Part shown: positions 26,989 through 36,934 of the stretch, piece after piece
How the letters are laid out: each line of letters begins with the position of its first letter
How positions within the stretch are numbered: position 1 is the first letter of the stretch
Assembly: GCA_024137785.1 (NCBI GenBank)
Contig: JAHRHZ010000019.1
Span: 26,096,327-26,160,326, forward strand
Length of the DNA: 64,000 nucleotides
Reading direction: 5' to 3'
Origin: Ginglymostoma cirratum
Taxonomy: Eukaryota
Notes under the pieces: model-generated
Told to the model about the DNA's origin: nothing
What the model saw: only the letters and a program-made list of their open reading frames with translations
The model's database searches: none
Made by a program: the position numbers and the translations under genes

Positions 26989-27433
26989 TGAAGGAGTAAG
27001 TAAAGTGATTAGCTTACTGAAGGAATAAGTAAAGTGATTTACTGAAGGAGAAAGTAAAGACATTAACTTTTAAAGACATTAACTTACTGAAGGAGGAAGT
27101 AAAGAGATCAACAACACAAAGGACCTCTAGATCGAACTTTACACAATCAAGATGAAACATCCGCTGAAACAACAAATCCTGTCCCAACAACAATAGAAGC
27201 GCTAACCATCACCCGCTTTGCAAGACGCCGGAAACAGATTAAAGAACTGTGTACATGACTTGAGGGGGGGTTGGCGCGAGACAGCAAATGTACATAACCT
27301 TTGAAATAGTCTATAATAGCTGAGAAGTTTGGTGAGGCCCCTTTGAGGTCCCTGCTTCTCTCAAAAGCTTTTGTTAATAAAACTGTGTCTGACTCGCTAC
27401 AGAATTGTACTTGGTAATATTTTACCTACAACA
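26989..27433 (+). repeat. ERV 5' LTR (445 bp)
   Basis: TG...CA termini, tandem actgaagga(g/a)(t/a/g)aagtaaag units in U3, TATAAT 27312-27317, AATAAA 27376-27381. Confidence 0.95.
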
Positions 27434-27436
27434 AAT

Positions 27437-27454
27437 TGGCGTAGTCGGCAGGAT
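27437..27454 (+). promoter_or_regulatory. Primer-binding site, tRNA-Ser
   Basis: TGGCGTAGTCGGCAGGAT is complementary to the vertebrate tRNA-Ser 3' end ATCCTGCCGACTACGCCA. It lies 3 nt after the LTR. Confidence 0.92.
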
Positions 27455-27850
27455 CCTGTTTACAGTCCGGGCAGAGTGGCCACAGCCCGGATACCGGGAC
27501 AGGATACCGAACACAAAGTTAAGTGAGTTGGGTCACAGTATTCAATGATCTGTTAAGTATGGATGTGACACTGCCTGCCGTTTGAGTTGAGCAAAATCGG
27601 ACAAGGTGGTACCCGTCTCTAACACGTAGCCTGAACTGGTTGTTAAGAGGGGAAACCCCACCTCCCCACGCAAAGGTCAGGACCCTAAATTGGGTGTAGA
27701 GACTGGAGAAGAGGTACCTGGGATGTGATGCTCAAACTGAAGGTGAGAATGTAATGTTGTGAAACCGCCTAGAGAAATTGAAATAAGCGGGATACGGGGA
27801 CTTGATCACTCCCACAATAGGTATTGCCTGACTCCGATAGAAACAACCCC

Positions 27851-28037
27851 AAGTGAGACGCGGCCAGTGGAAAAACACAAGTAGTCGTGGCTGGTGGGTT
27901 AAACGCAGTCGAGAAATCGGGGGAGATCGAACGACCCCGAGTGAGATCGAACGACCCTGAGTGAGACGCGGCCAGTGGGAAAACACGTAGGACGTGGCCG
28001 GTGGGTTAAACACAGTCGAGAGATCGGGGGAGATCGT
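27851..28037 (+). repeat. Tandem duplication in ERV leader (two ~85-bp units plus a short gagatcgaacgaccc repeat)
   Basis: gtgagacgcggccagtgg...gggttaaac.cagtcgaga.atcggggg.gatcg occurs at ~27853 and ~27961. Confidence 0.9.
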
Positions 28038-28059
28038 GAGTATAAACCTATCCTTTATC

Positions 28060-28709
28060 ATGGCATGGAAGGAAGATCAATGGGGACCCCCGGGGTCTCT
28101 CATTAATCAATATATGACAAATAGACATTCACTTATTAAACAGATGAAAAAGGGGGGATGGGATCCGTCCCAGGCCCTAGAACAACAACGAGTCTGGCAT
28201 TCAGGTCAAAAGAATGATAAGACTAAGAAAACTGCAGTGCTTTTAGTACATCAATTGGCCGGCCTTATAGGGCAGACATTAGAGTCCACGAAGAGGTGGA
28301 CGGAGGAAATAAAAAGGATACTAGGATCACGAATTAGGGAACTAGAGAAAAGGAACCACTTCTTAGCAGAGGGTCAGTGGGGGCCTTTGCCACCATACCA
28401 TCCCAGGGAAGGGCCCACTGCCACAGAGGACAGTCTGAGTGAGGAAGTTAACCACGCCCCCAGTAACCCAGGGCAGGACCCTGGCAGTCCCAACCGCTAG
28501 ATATCAGCCCTTCACACCAGGAGAAAGAGCCCCCACTTGAATAAAACAAGAAAACTTAGGTGCCGTGACAAAGATAAAACCGAAAGACGGGGCAAGACGG
28601 GGCACTTTGCCAAGGAATGTAGAGCCCCAAAACAGAACAAAGGGTGGTCTGGAGTTGGGAAAAACATGGTAAACCAACAACTGCAACTTCTCAAAGGGAG
28701 ATGGACTGA
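28060..28709 (+). pseudogene. gag: ERV gag remnants: N-terminal ORF (28060-28500) and NC zinc-knuckle remnant
   Basis: MAWKEDQWGPPGS...IRELEKRN...GPLPPYHP (late-domain-like), then GKTGHFAKECRAPK (second half of a CCHC knuckle) and a TGA-C at 28707 in frame with the protease. Confidence 0.8.
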
Positions 28710-28799
28710 CGTCCGGCAGCCCCCACGGCCATGGGTAATAAGGAAGGTAGGATTTACGTGTCTGCACGAGTAGGGGGCAGACAATGTGAGATGCTGGTT
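28710..28799 (+). pseudogene. pro: Retroviral aspartic protease N-terminal stub
   Basis: After TGA: RPAAPTAMGNKEGRIYVSARVGGRQCEMLV, the beta-strand pattern that normally leads into DTGA. It breaks off there. Confidence 0.7.
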
Positions 28800-28906
28800 G
28801 TTGGGACAGGATTTGTTGTTTCAGTGGATGTTTCATCTTGATTGTGTAAAGTTCGATCTAGAGGCCCTTTGTGTTGTTGATCTCTTTACTTCCTCCTTCA
28901 GTAAGT
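28797..28906 (-). repeat. Inverted 110-bp copy of the element's own U3
   Basis: Reverse complement of 27082-27191 with 2 mismatches by manual comparison. Confidence 0.95.
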
Positions 28907-28907
28907 A

Positions 28908-30499
28908 GCTACGCTGTTCGTAGCTACCCCTGGGTGGACCCCCTTTGACCTATATACGACAAATGTGTTAGATGCACCCTGTGTGGGCCAAACCGGTACG
29001 TACCATCGCGGAATACAGGGCTGCTGCGTTGAGCTGATTAACTCCGACGACAAGAGGGGTGGCCGGGTCATTTTGTCCCGCGACAGGGATGACGATGAAT
29101 CCAATGACCCCGGCTGTTTAGGCACCCGGGGACATAACGGCACGACTTGCTCCAACCCGCTCAGTTACCCATTATGCTTCTCGGGACAGGGCTGGGGGTG
29201 CGCATACGCCCTAGTCCCCAAGAATGCCTCTTGTGTGCAGACACAATGCTCTCATCAGCACTGCCAAGTTAACAAAGGCATGTTTACGTGCACTTGCAAT
29301 GAGCAACAGTATCTCAATGTTACTGCTGGTAGGCAGTTTATCTGTGGTCAGTGTAATGGCACACAGGTCTCCTCCTATGGCGATGGAACTGGGACATGGA
29401 GGTATCCGTTTGACTCCTACCAGTCCGGCTTCAGTGGGAGCTCTCATCCCTCGTCCTCCGTCGATGGGGGTGGGCCCTACCCATCCGACTGGTATGTTCA
29501 GCAGTATACAAAACAGAACGGATCCACAGTCACATGCTATCGAGCCAAGAAAGGCTTTGTGCTCCTCCTCAATGGGACCTTCACAACAGCCACACCAACC
29601 CTCCCAGTCCTGTCATAGAATCCCTACAGTGTGGAAACAGGCCCTTCGGCCCAACAAGTCCACACCGAACCTCAGAGAATCCCACCCAGACCCAGCCCCC
29701 CAACTACCCACCTAACCCACACCTCCCTGAACACTACAGGCAATTTAACATGGCCAATCCACCTAACCTGCACATCTTTGGACTGTGGGAGGAAACCGGA
29801 GCACCTGGAGGAAACCCACACAGACACGGGGAGAATGTGCAAACTCCACACAGACAGATGCCCGAGGCTGGAATCAAACCCGGGTCCCTGGTGCTGTGAG
29901 GCAGCAGTGCTAACCACTGAGCCACCGTGTCCTCTTTGCAGTGGGGACAATAGGACCACTTACCGTCCCATGCCCCCAGAGACGACACACCCGTAGGAAG
30001 ATAGTGACCCGAGCCATTAGTGAAAAATTCTGTGCAGACTGGAAGGACCCGGTAACACTGGGGTCCTCACTTGGCTACGGGTTCTTTGGGGCCCTGTCTC
30101 TGGGGGGAGCAGCGGGAGTCATTAGTGCCAAAAATAGAACTACTTTGTTAGCGGACTGACCATCCTGGGAAATAGCATAGCAAAGGGGTTGGATGCTATA
30201 AACCGAGAGCTTGCCGAGTTAAGACTCTATGCGCGGCAGACCTGGTATGCCGTCGATTACCAGTTAGCCCAGCAGGGTAGAGTGTGCACGATAGTAGGGG
30301 ACAAGTGTATAATACATGTTACGGATGAATCCTATAACATCACCCAAGCCATTGATGATATAAGAAAGAGCTGGATGACTTCAGGCAAGGGGACGGTTGG
30401 CTCAAATGGCTCCTAGGTGGATCTTGGGGGACATACCTGCTGCATGCTTTGATTATATTGATTATAATTGTTATTGCTTGCTGTGTTGTTAATCTTTAA
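28908..30499 (+). pseudogene. env: ERV env pseudogene (Cys-rich SU lacking N-terminus; TM with ISD and membrane anchor)
   Basis: ORF 28965..29618 rejoins ORF 29941..30159 in frame once the SINE is removed (LPVLFAVGTIG). Basic cleavage region RRHTRRKIVTR. After a frameshift near 30140: GLTILGNSIAKGLDAINRELAELRLYARQTWYAVDYQLAQQGRVCTIVGDKCI. After a second frameshift near 30367: WLKWLLGGSWGTYLLHALIILIIIVIACC. Confidence 0.9.
29612..29928 (-). mobile_element. HE1 SINE inserted in env
   Basis: Near-full-length antisense HE1 flanked by GTCCT at 29607-29611 and 29929-29933. Confidence 0.95.
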
Positions 30500-30652
30500 T
30501 TTGTGCTGTAAAATCTTAACTGCAAGAATTATGCTGGGTGCAAGTGTCCATGCCGACGAGACTGTTGCGCGCCCCTTGATGGGTGGCTTAGGGACATTCG
30601 AACAATGGCTGGAAGTGGCCTAGAGGCCATGAGTATTCACGACTCTGACCAC

Positions 30653-30662
30653 AAGGGGGGAC
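30653..30662 (+). promoter_or_regulatory. Polypurine tract
   Basis: aaggggggac immediately before the TG of the 3' LTR. Confidence 0.85.
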
Positions 30663-31110
30663 TGAAGGAGTAAGTAAAGTGATTAACTTACTGAAGGAAT
30701 AAGTAAAGTGATTTACTGAAGGAGGAAGTAAAGACATTAACTTTTAAAGACATTAACTTACTGAAGGAATAAGTAAAGAGATCAACAACACAAAGGACCT
30801 CTAGATCGAACTTTACACAATCAAGATGAAACATCCGCTGAAACAACAAATCCTGTCCCAACAACAATAGAAGCGTTAACCATCACCCGCTTTGCAAGAC
30901 GCCGGAAACAGATTAAAGAACTGTGTACATGACTTGAGGCGGGGGGGTTGGCACGTGACAGCAAATGTATATAACCTTTGAAATCGTCTGTAATAGCTGA
31001 GAAGTTTGGTGAGGCCCCTTTGAGGTCCCTGCTTCTCCCAGAAGCTTCTGTTAATAAAACTGTGTCTGACTCACTACAGAATTGTACTTGGTAATATTTT
31101 ACCTACAATA
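30663..31110 (+). repeat. ERV 3' LTR (448 bp)
   Basis: About 15 substitutions and one 3-bp indel vs the 5' LTR by manual count. Terminal CA has mutated to TA. Confidence 0.95.
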
Positions 31111-32604
31111 GGGACTTCCTCTCAATTCTGAAAATGCTCCACCCGCATTTCTGCAGTTACATCTGAAAACTTTGAGGTCCCCTATAACTCTCTTGTCCTC
31201 TGTCACCTTAGTAGAGCTCCATGAATTTGCTCCCCTGATTTAATCATAAAAATGCACCTCATCTATTAGTTGTTGCAAACCAGTAAGAACCTAATTTTCC
31301 ATTTCCTAGATGATGAGTTATTGACAGAGTACACTTTTCATTCAAAGCTCACTACAACCAAGCAAATCAGGAGTTAGGGCAACCTGGAAATTGTAGTGTT
31401 TTCTTGCTGCTTCCCCTAGATGACCCTTACTATCACACTGGCCACCTCTTGTTGGTTTGCTGCTAGAAAACTAAAACCATAGTTTCTGCTCTACTTCCTT
31501 AATAGTTTTCATCAATAATTTCTGGTACTAATTTGATATTTTGACCTGAGATTTGATTATAGGGTGACTATTGCATATTTTATTGCTTTCAAGGTACTGT
31601 GTTGTGGGGGTTCCACAAAGGTCAGAAATACACAAAGGTCAAATGCAATCATAAAATGGGTATGCCTTCAGCAGCTCATGTAAGGTACAGCCGTTTATTG
31701 GTAGTGCTATGCTTCTGAAAGTATTGGCTGCATATTATTATTATTATATAACTAATGCTAAGGTCAGAGTTGCTGATGTCTATTTTCAGTATTATAAACA
31801 CAAGCCTGGGTGTTGTAAAAGGGTGTACCAAGTGCTAAATTCATCTTGATATGTCAATAAGTCCCTCATTGTTATTACGACTATTAATGGGTAACAATTG
31901 TTTCAGGAATACAGGTTTTTGCTGACAATTATTCCTGTTGTTCCATCAATAAGATGATTCTTTTTTTAAAAAATCTAAAACCCATGCTCTGAATAAAATA
32001 CATCTCAGTTAGTGGAGAGAATACAAATCAGACTGACCTGCAGTGCATTCCTAACATTTTTTCTATTTTTAATTCAAACTTCCAATACACACAGTTTTCT
32101 TTTCACTAAAGCTTATTAATTCAAAGTGTGGAAGACAGTAGAGTGCTTCAATCAGCTCCGGCTTCCACACTCCAGAATGCAATCAACATGTTTCTGCATC
32201 ATAGCTAATAGTTTATTAAGAAGCTATTTTCCATTGTGGCAGTTGTAAAATGTAATCCTTAATAAGGTGAGCGGATTACAGCATTTGCCAGTCAATCTGA
32301 CTGAGTTCTGTAAAGTGAACCTGTTACCATAGTACTGAATGCAGTCAGTTTGTACAACTCAGTTGGTTCAACAACACCAGTCTTGTGTGTGGTGCAGTTC
32401 TGATGAAAACAGTTAAGTGGCATTAATGCGTGGGCTAGCAATGTCAAAAGCTGAGAGATTAGCATTTCTATGACCAGAATAGAATGGTGAGTGCTAATCA
32501 TGGCAACTTCAACATTGGTGCTGTTCTGTATCCTGGAGAAAAGAGTGAAAACCCATTCTGTGAAGGCTGAGCTGCAAAATTACTTAGATACATAGGTGAA
32601 TGAT

Positions 32605-32712
32605 ATACTGCAGATGCTTGAAGTCTGACATAAAGGCAGAAAATCCTGGAGCAAATCAGTAGGTCTGGCAGCATTGACAGAGAGAGAAAAAGTGCTCATG
32701 TTTCAAGCCTGA
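32605..32712. mobile_element. Old Penelope-like terminal fragment
   Basis: tactgcagatgcttgaagtctg...cagtaggtctggcagcattgacagagagag resembles the 11957 and 25082 termini. Confidence 0.55.
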
Positions 32713-32732
32713 TATGACTGAAAAGCTCAATA

Positions 32733-33075
32733 TCATAGAATCATAGAATCCCTACAGTGTGGAAATAGGCCATTCAGCCCATTGAGTCCACACCGACCCT
32801 CTAAACAGTATTCCACTGAGACCCATCTCCCATCCTATCGCTGTAACCCTGCATTTGCATGGCTAATCAACATAGCCCGTACGTCCCTGGACACTGGGAA
32901 ATTTAGCATGGCCAATCCACCTAACCTGAACATTTTTGGATTGTGGGAGGAAACCAGAGCACCCGAAGGAAACCCACACAGACACGGGAAGAATGTGAAA
33001 ACCCCACACAGTGATCCAAGTGTGGAATCAAACCAGGGTCTCTGTCACAGTGAGGCAGTACTGCTAACCACTGAG
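32733..33075 (-). mobile_element. HE1 SINE
   Basis: tcatagaatcatagaatccctacagtgtggaaa tail through ctgctaaccactgag head. Confidence 0.92.
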
Positions 33076-34393
33076 ATGACTCTAAATTCTTCACCCCTAG
33101 GTATTGCACCAAAGCTTATAGAGAAAGTGCTACATTAAACCCACCGGATGAAAATCAAGAGAAGTGAATACTCCAGTCAACTTTCAAAACAGAACATCTG
33201 CTGAACTAATGTATTTGTGAGTCTTGGAGCTCAGCCAAGCATTCATTATTACCAACCATGGATAATCCAGGTATCTTGCTATTGTTTCTACTGAAATAGT
33301 TCCCAGATAGAGATCATGAACATGGCAGGGAATATCTGGAGGGCCATTTGTGTGGTGTGGTGAGAATGAAGGGCTTTGGAAATGGAGGGGGGAAGGAGTT
33401 GAGGGGGCTAATTAATTTTAAAACAACTAACAAACTGTCACAGAGAACTAAGTTGGATCTGCTAACAAGCCCACTTCAGCACTCATCTGTCCCAACTGCC
33501 ATCCACAATCTACTACTGAGATTGGTGGATCTAACTTATCTGACAGCCATCTCCCCAAAGAAAAGATTTTATTTAACAGAACTCTTTAAAGTGAAGTTGA
33601 TCTTCTGAGTCAGGAAAGTTCATGATTCATTGTCAGTTGTGAAAATCATACTAAATGAGTCTGATAACCCTGCAGAATAAAGTACAGGGTAGTAAATGGT
33701 CAGACACAGAGTGGAAGATGAGACGACACCTGATCTGTATAAGTGAATATAAAATGATGGCTTGGGGCTAATATCTGCCTAGCTAAAGAATAAGACAATC
33801 AATTCTACTCTGTTCAATAGAAAAAAAATGATATATCATCATTTGGAACTGTAAATTACTGCTTAAATACCATAATTTGTTATTTGCTACAATGTTATAA
33901 GAAAAGAGATTTATCACGGTTAGTATCAGCTCAAATTCTTTGTAATTCTAAGAAAGGGTGGGCATTCCTTGGTTTAAGTTCTTGAAGTAGTTTAAAGTCG
34001 AAGACATGACAATTGAAGAAGGTTGAAACACTATTCTGCCTACAACTATAACATATCATTGGTGAAGCAGTGGGAAAAGCTGTTTTTAGATGGTGCGTGT
34101 GCAGAATGAAATTTGGTCGGCAACAAGTAACTGATTGGTTTGTGCAATTGTGATAAGTTGTGGATGCTAAAGATCGTCAGCTGAATGACAACTCTCTGAA
34201 AATAATACCCCTTTCTCCCTCAACAGCCTTTAGGAGATCCTCTACAGAGGCATAACTGAAACATATGTGAGCAGTTCTGTTCTCTCTGTTATAGGAAGGA
34301 TAATACTAAACTGGCAAGGGTTCAGCAAAGGTTTACCAGGATGTTGCCGGGAGTGGAAGGTTTGAGATTTTAAAATAGATGGGAAATGGTGGT

Positions 34394-34550
34394 GTTAAAA
34401 TTGTATCAGAGATAAAAGGTACTGCAGATGCTGGAGAATCCGAGATAACAAGCGTGGGGCTAGATGAACACAACAGGTCAAGCAGCGTCATAGGAGCAGG
34501 AAAGATGCTGCTTGACCTGCTGTGTTCATCCAGCCCCACGCTTGTTATCT
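34394..34550. mobile_element. Penelope-derived fold-back mini-element with 14-bp TSD
   Basis: Arms 34443-34489 / 34504-34550 (3 mismatches in 47). tgggaaatggtggt at 34380-34393 and 34550-34563. Confidence 0.88.
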
Positions 34551-34758
34551 GGGAAATGGTGGTACTTTTCTCACTGGACCTTAGGAGTTTAGGGTGTGAT
34601 CTTCTTGAGGTTTCTCAAATCATGAGGAGCCTAAATAAGGTGAATGACAACAATCTTTTCCCTAAGGTGGGGGAATTCAAAACTAGGGGGCATATTTTTA
34701 AGATGAGAGGAGAAAGATTTAGAAAGGATGTGAGGGGCAACATTTTTACACAAAGAGT

Positions 34759-35735
34759 AGTTCCATAAGGGTCAGTGTTGGGACCACAACTTTTCACTTT
34801 ATACATTGAAGATCTAGATAAAGGAACTGAGGGTATTCTGGCTAAGTTTGCAGATGATGCAAAGGTAGGTGGAGGGACAGGTAGTATTGAGGAGGTGGGA
34901 AAGCTGCAGAAGGACTTAGACAGGTTAGGAGAGTGGGCAAGGAAGTGGCAGATGGAATACAACGTGAGAAAGTGTGACGTCATGCACTTTGGTAAGAAGA
35001 ATAAAGGCAAAAACTATTTTCTAAATGGGGAGAAAATTCAGAAATCTGAAGTGCAGAAGGACTTGGGAGTCCTAGTCCAGGATTCTCTTAAAGTTTACTT
35101 GCAGATTGAGTCAGTAGTTAGGAAGGTAAATGCAGTGCTGGCATTTATTTCAAGAGGACTAGAATGTAAAAACAGGTATGTAATTCTGAGGCTCTATAAG
35201 GCTCTGGTCAGACCATATTTAGAACATTGTGAGCAATTTTGGGCCCCATTCTTCAGGGTGGATGTACTGGCCCTGGAGTGGGTCCATGAGATTCATGAGA
35301 AGGATTCTAGGAATGAAAGGCTTAACATATGAGGAAGGTTTGAGGACTCTATATCTATAACTGATGGAGTTTAGAAGGATGCAGAATACTAAAAGGCCTG
35401 GATACAGTTGGGAAGATGTTTCCATCAGCAGGAAAGACTAGGGCCTGAGGGCACAGCCTTAGAGTAAAAGGAAGACCCTTTAGAATAGAGGTGAGGAGAA
35501 CCTTCTTCAGCCAGAGAGTGGTGAATGTATGGAATTCATTGCTACAGAAGGCTGTGGAGGTCAAGTCATTGAGTACATTTAAGACAGAGATTGATAGGTT
35601 CTTGATTATTGAGAGGATCAAAGGTTATGGGGGAAGGCGGGAGAATTGGGTTGAGAAACTTATCAGCCATGATTGAATGGCAGAGCAGACTCAATGGGCT
35701 AAAAGGCCTAATTTCTGCTCCTATGTCTTGTGACA
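34759..35735 (+). mobile_element. CR1 LINE, 5'-truncated RT to 3' tail (nested)
   Basis: ORF 34775..35332 LGPQLFTLYIEDLD...AKFADDAK...WQMEYNVRKC...KDLGVLV...LYKALVRPYLE, then CR1 C-terminus and tail. Confidence 0.93.
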
Positions 35736-36140
35736 CTTATGGTTTGTGTGTGGAATGAACTGCCAGAGAAAGTGGTAGATGCATGTATAGTTATAACGTT
35801 TAAAAGAAATTTGAATAAATTCATGAATAGGAAAGTTTTGAAGGGATATGGACCAAGCACAGGTAGATGGGTTGAGTTTAGTTTGTGAACATGATTAGCG
35901 TGGACTGGTTGTACTGAAGGATCTGTTTCCATGCTGTATGATTCTATGACTTTATGATTATGACTCTATATTTAGGGTTGGTGGGGTGATGAACTCAAGT
36001 TTGCTCATGTTCCTAGCTTTAAGAGAGTGAAGAACCTTTCAAGTGCCTTTTAAATACAACAACTGGAAGTTGGAAACCAGAAGGCAGTGAGCATGAATTT
36101 CAGGCAATACTGGAAACTTTGCTACAACAGCTGTTATTTT

Positions 36141-36258
36141 TATATCAGAGATAATAGGAAATGCAGATGCTGGAGAATCTGAGATAACAAGGTGTGGAGC
36201 TGGATGAACACAGCAGGCCAAGCAGCATCATAGGAGCAGGAAAGCTTGACGTTTCGGG
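36141..36258 (-). mobile_element. Penelope-like terminal fragment
   Basis: Near-identical to 25082-25190. Ends at gacgtttcggg. Confidence 0.85.
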
Positions 36259-36934
36259 ATGAATGTTTGTCTGGATTCCAAATATTATCAATGATTTTAG
36301 CCCAGCAGCTGATCTATTTATCCAAGAATGGCTGAAAACTTTAAGAGGCTCTAATCAAAGGGTATGCATTTGATGTGGCTTTTTGTTTGTTTCCAAATCT
36401 AATAAGCACTTAAAGGTTTGTAAAGTTTTTTGCACTGGTGTATTTTTCCCCCAATATTGATGTGTTTGCCTTCAGGGATTTATTGAATTATTGAAGATTT
36501 AGTTTCTTTTTTCTAATCATTTAAATATCTTTCCCATCACCATTGTGTTGCTCCTGAGGATTTAATATCAAGGTTTTGGGTAAGTAGTGTTATACAACTT
36601 CAAATTGCTTGGTTCTGATTGGAGGCTGAGGATTCCAATTCCTGAAGGCCCAAGTATTCCAGTACATGTGTGGAGTGGAATAATATCACAGGCTGTATCA
36701 GTGTCATTCAAACTTCTGTTTTTATCGATGAAGGAAATGCACATTTAAAAGAAACAATGCACCTGCATGATTGAGTGGCACAATAAACATTAGTACCTGG
36801 TATGGCATCATAAAAGGGGAGTGCCATGACACCGAGGAGAAACACCGCTGGCAGAAGTGACCTCCAAGAAAATATTCCAGAAAAGGAACTCTGGAAGTAG
36901 AGCAGAGGAAGCGGTCCAATTACAAAAATGGTGC

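Larger units (their letters stand above)
26989..31110 (+). mobile_element. Endogenous retrovirus, defective (gag fragments, pro stub, env pseudogene, no RT/IN)
   Basis: Paired LTRs, PBS, PPT, 4-bp TSD GGGA (26985-26988 / 31111-31114), Gag zinc-knuckle remnant, Env immunosuppressive domain and CX6C motif. Confidence 0.95.
34285..35970 (+). mobile_element. HER1/CR1 LINE 3' fragment split by two nested insertions (pieces ~34285-34393, 34564-34758, 35737-35970)
   Basis: KTRGHIFKMRGERFRKDVRGNIFTQRV continues at 35737 with gtttgtgtgtggaatgaactgccagag. Tail tatgattctatgactttatga. Confidence 0.85.

Noticed and set aside
26989-27106. CRISPR-like repeat array
   Set aside because: Vertebrate LTR tandem repeats with short related spacers, duplicated in both LTRs. 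No cas genes.
28504-28836. 110-aa antisense ORF starting inside the inverted U3 copy
   Set aside because: Chimeric shadow of the LTR fragment and gag. No recognisable domain, and the inverted piece lacks the LTR TATA box.
29534-29996. Several 84-121-aa ORFs (MANPPNLHIFGLWEET...)
   Set aside because: Translations of the non-coding HE1 SINE. The same peptides recur at every HE1 copy.
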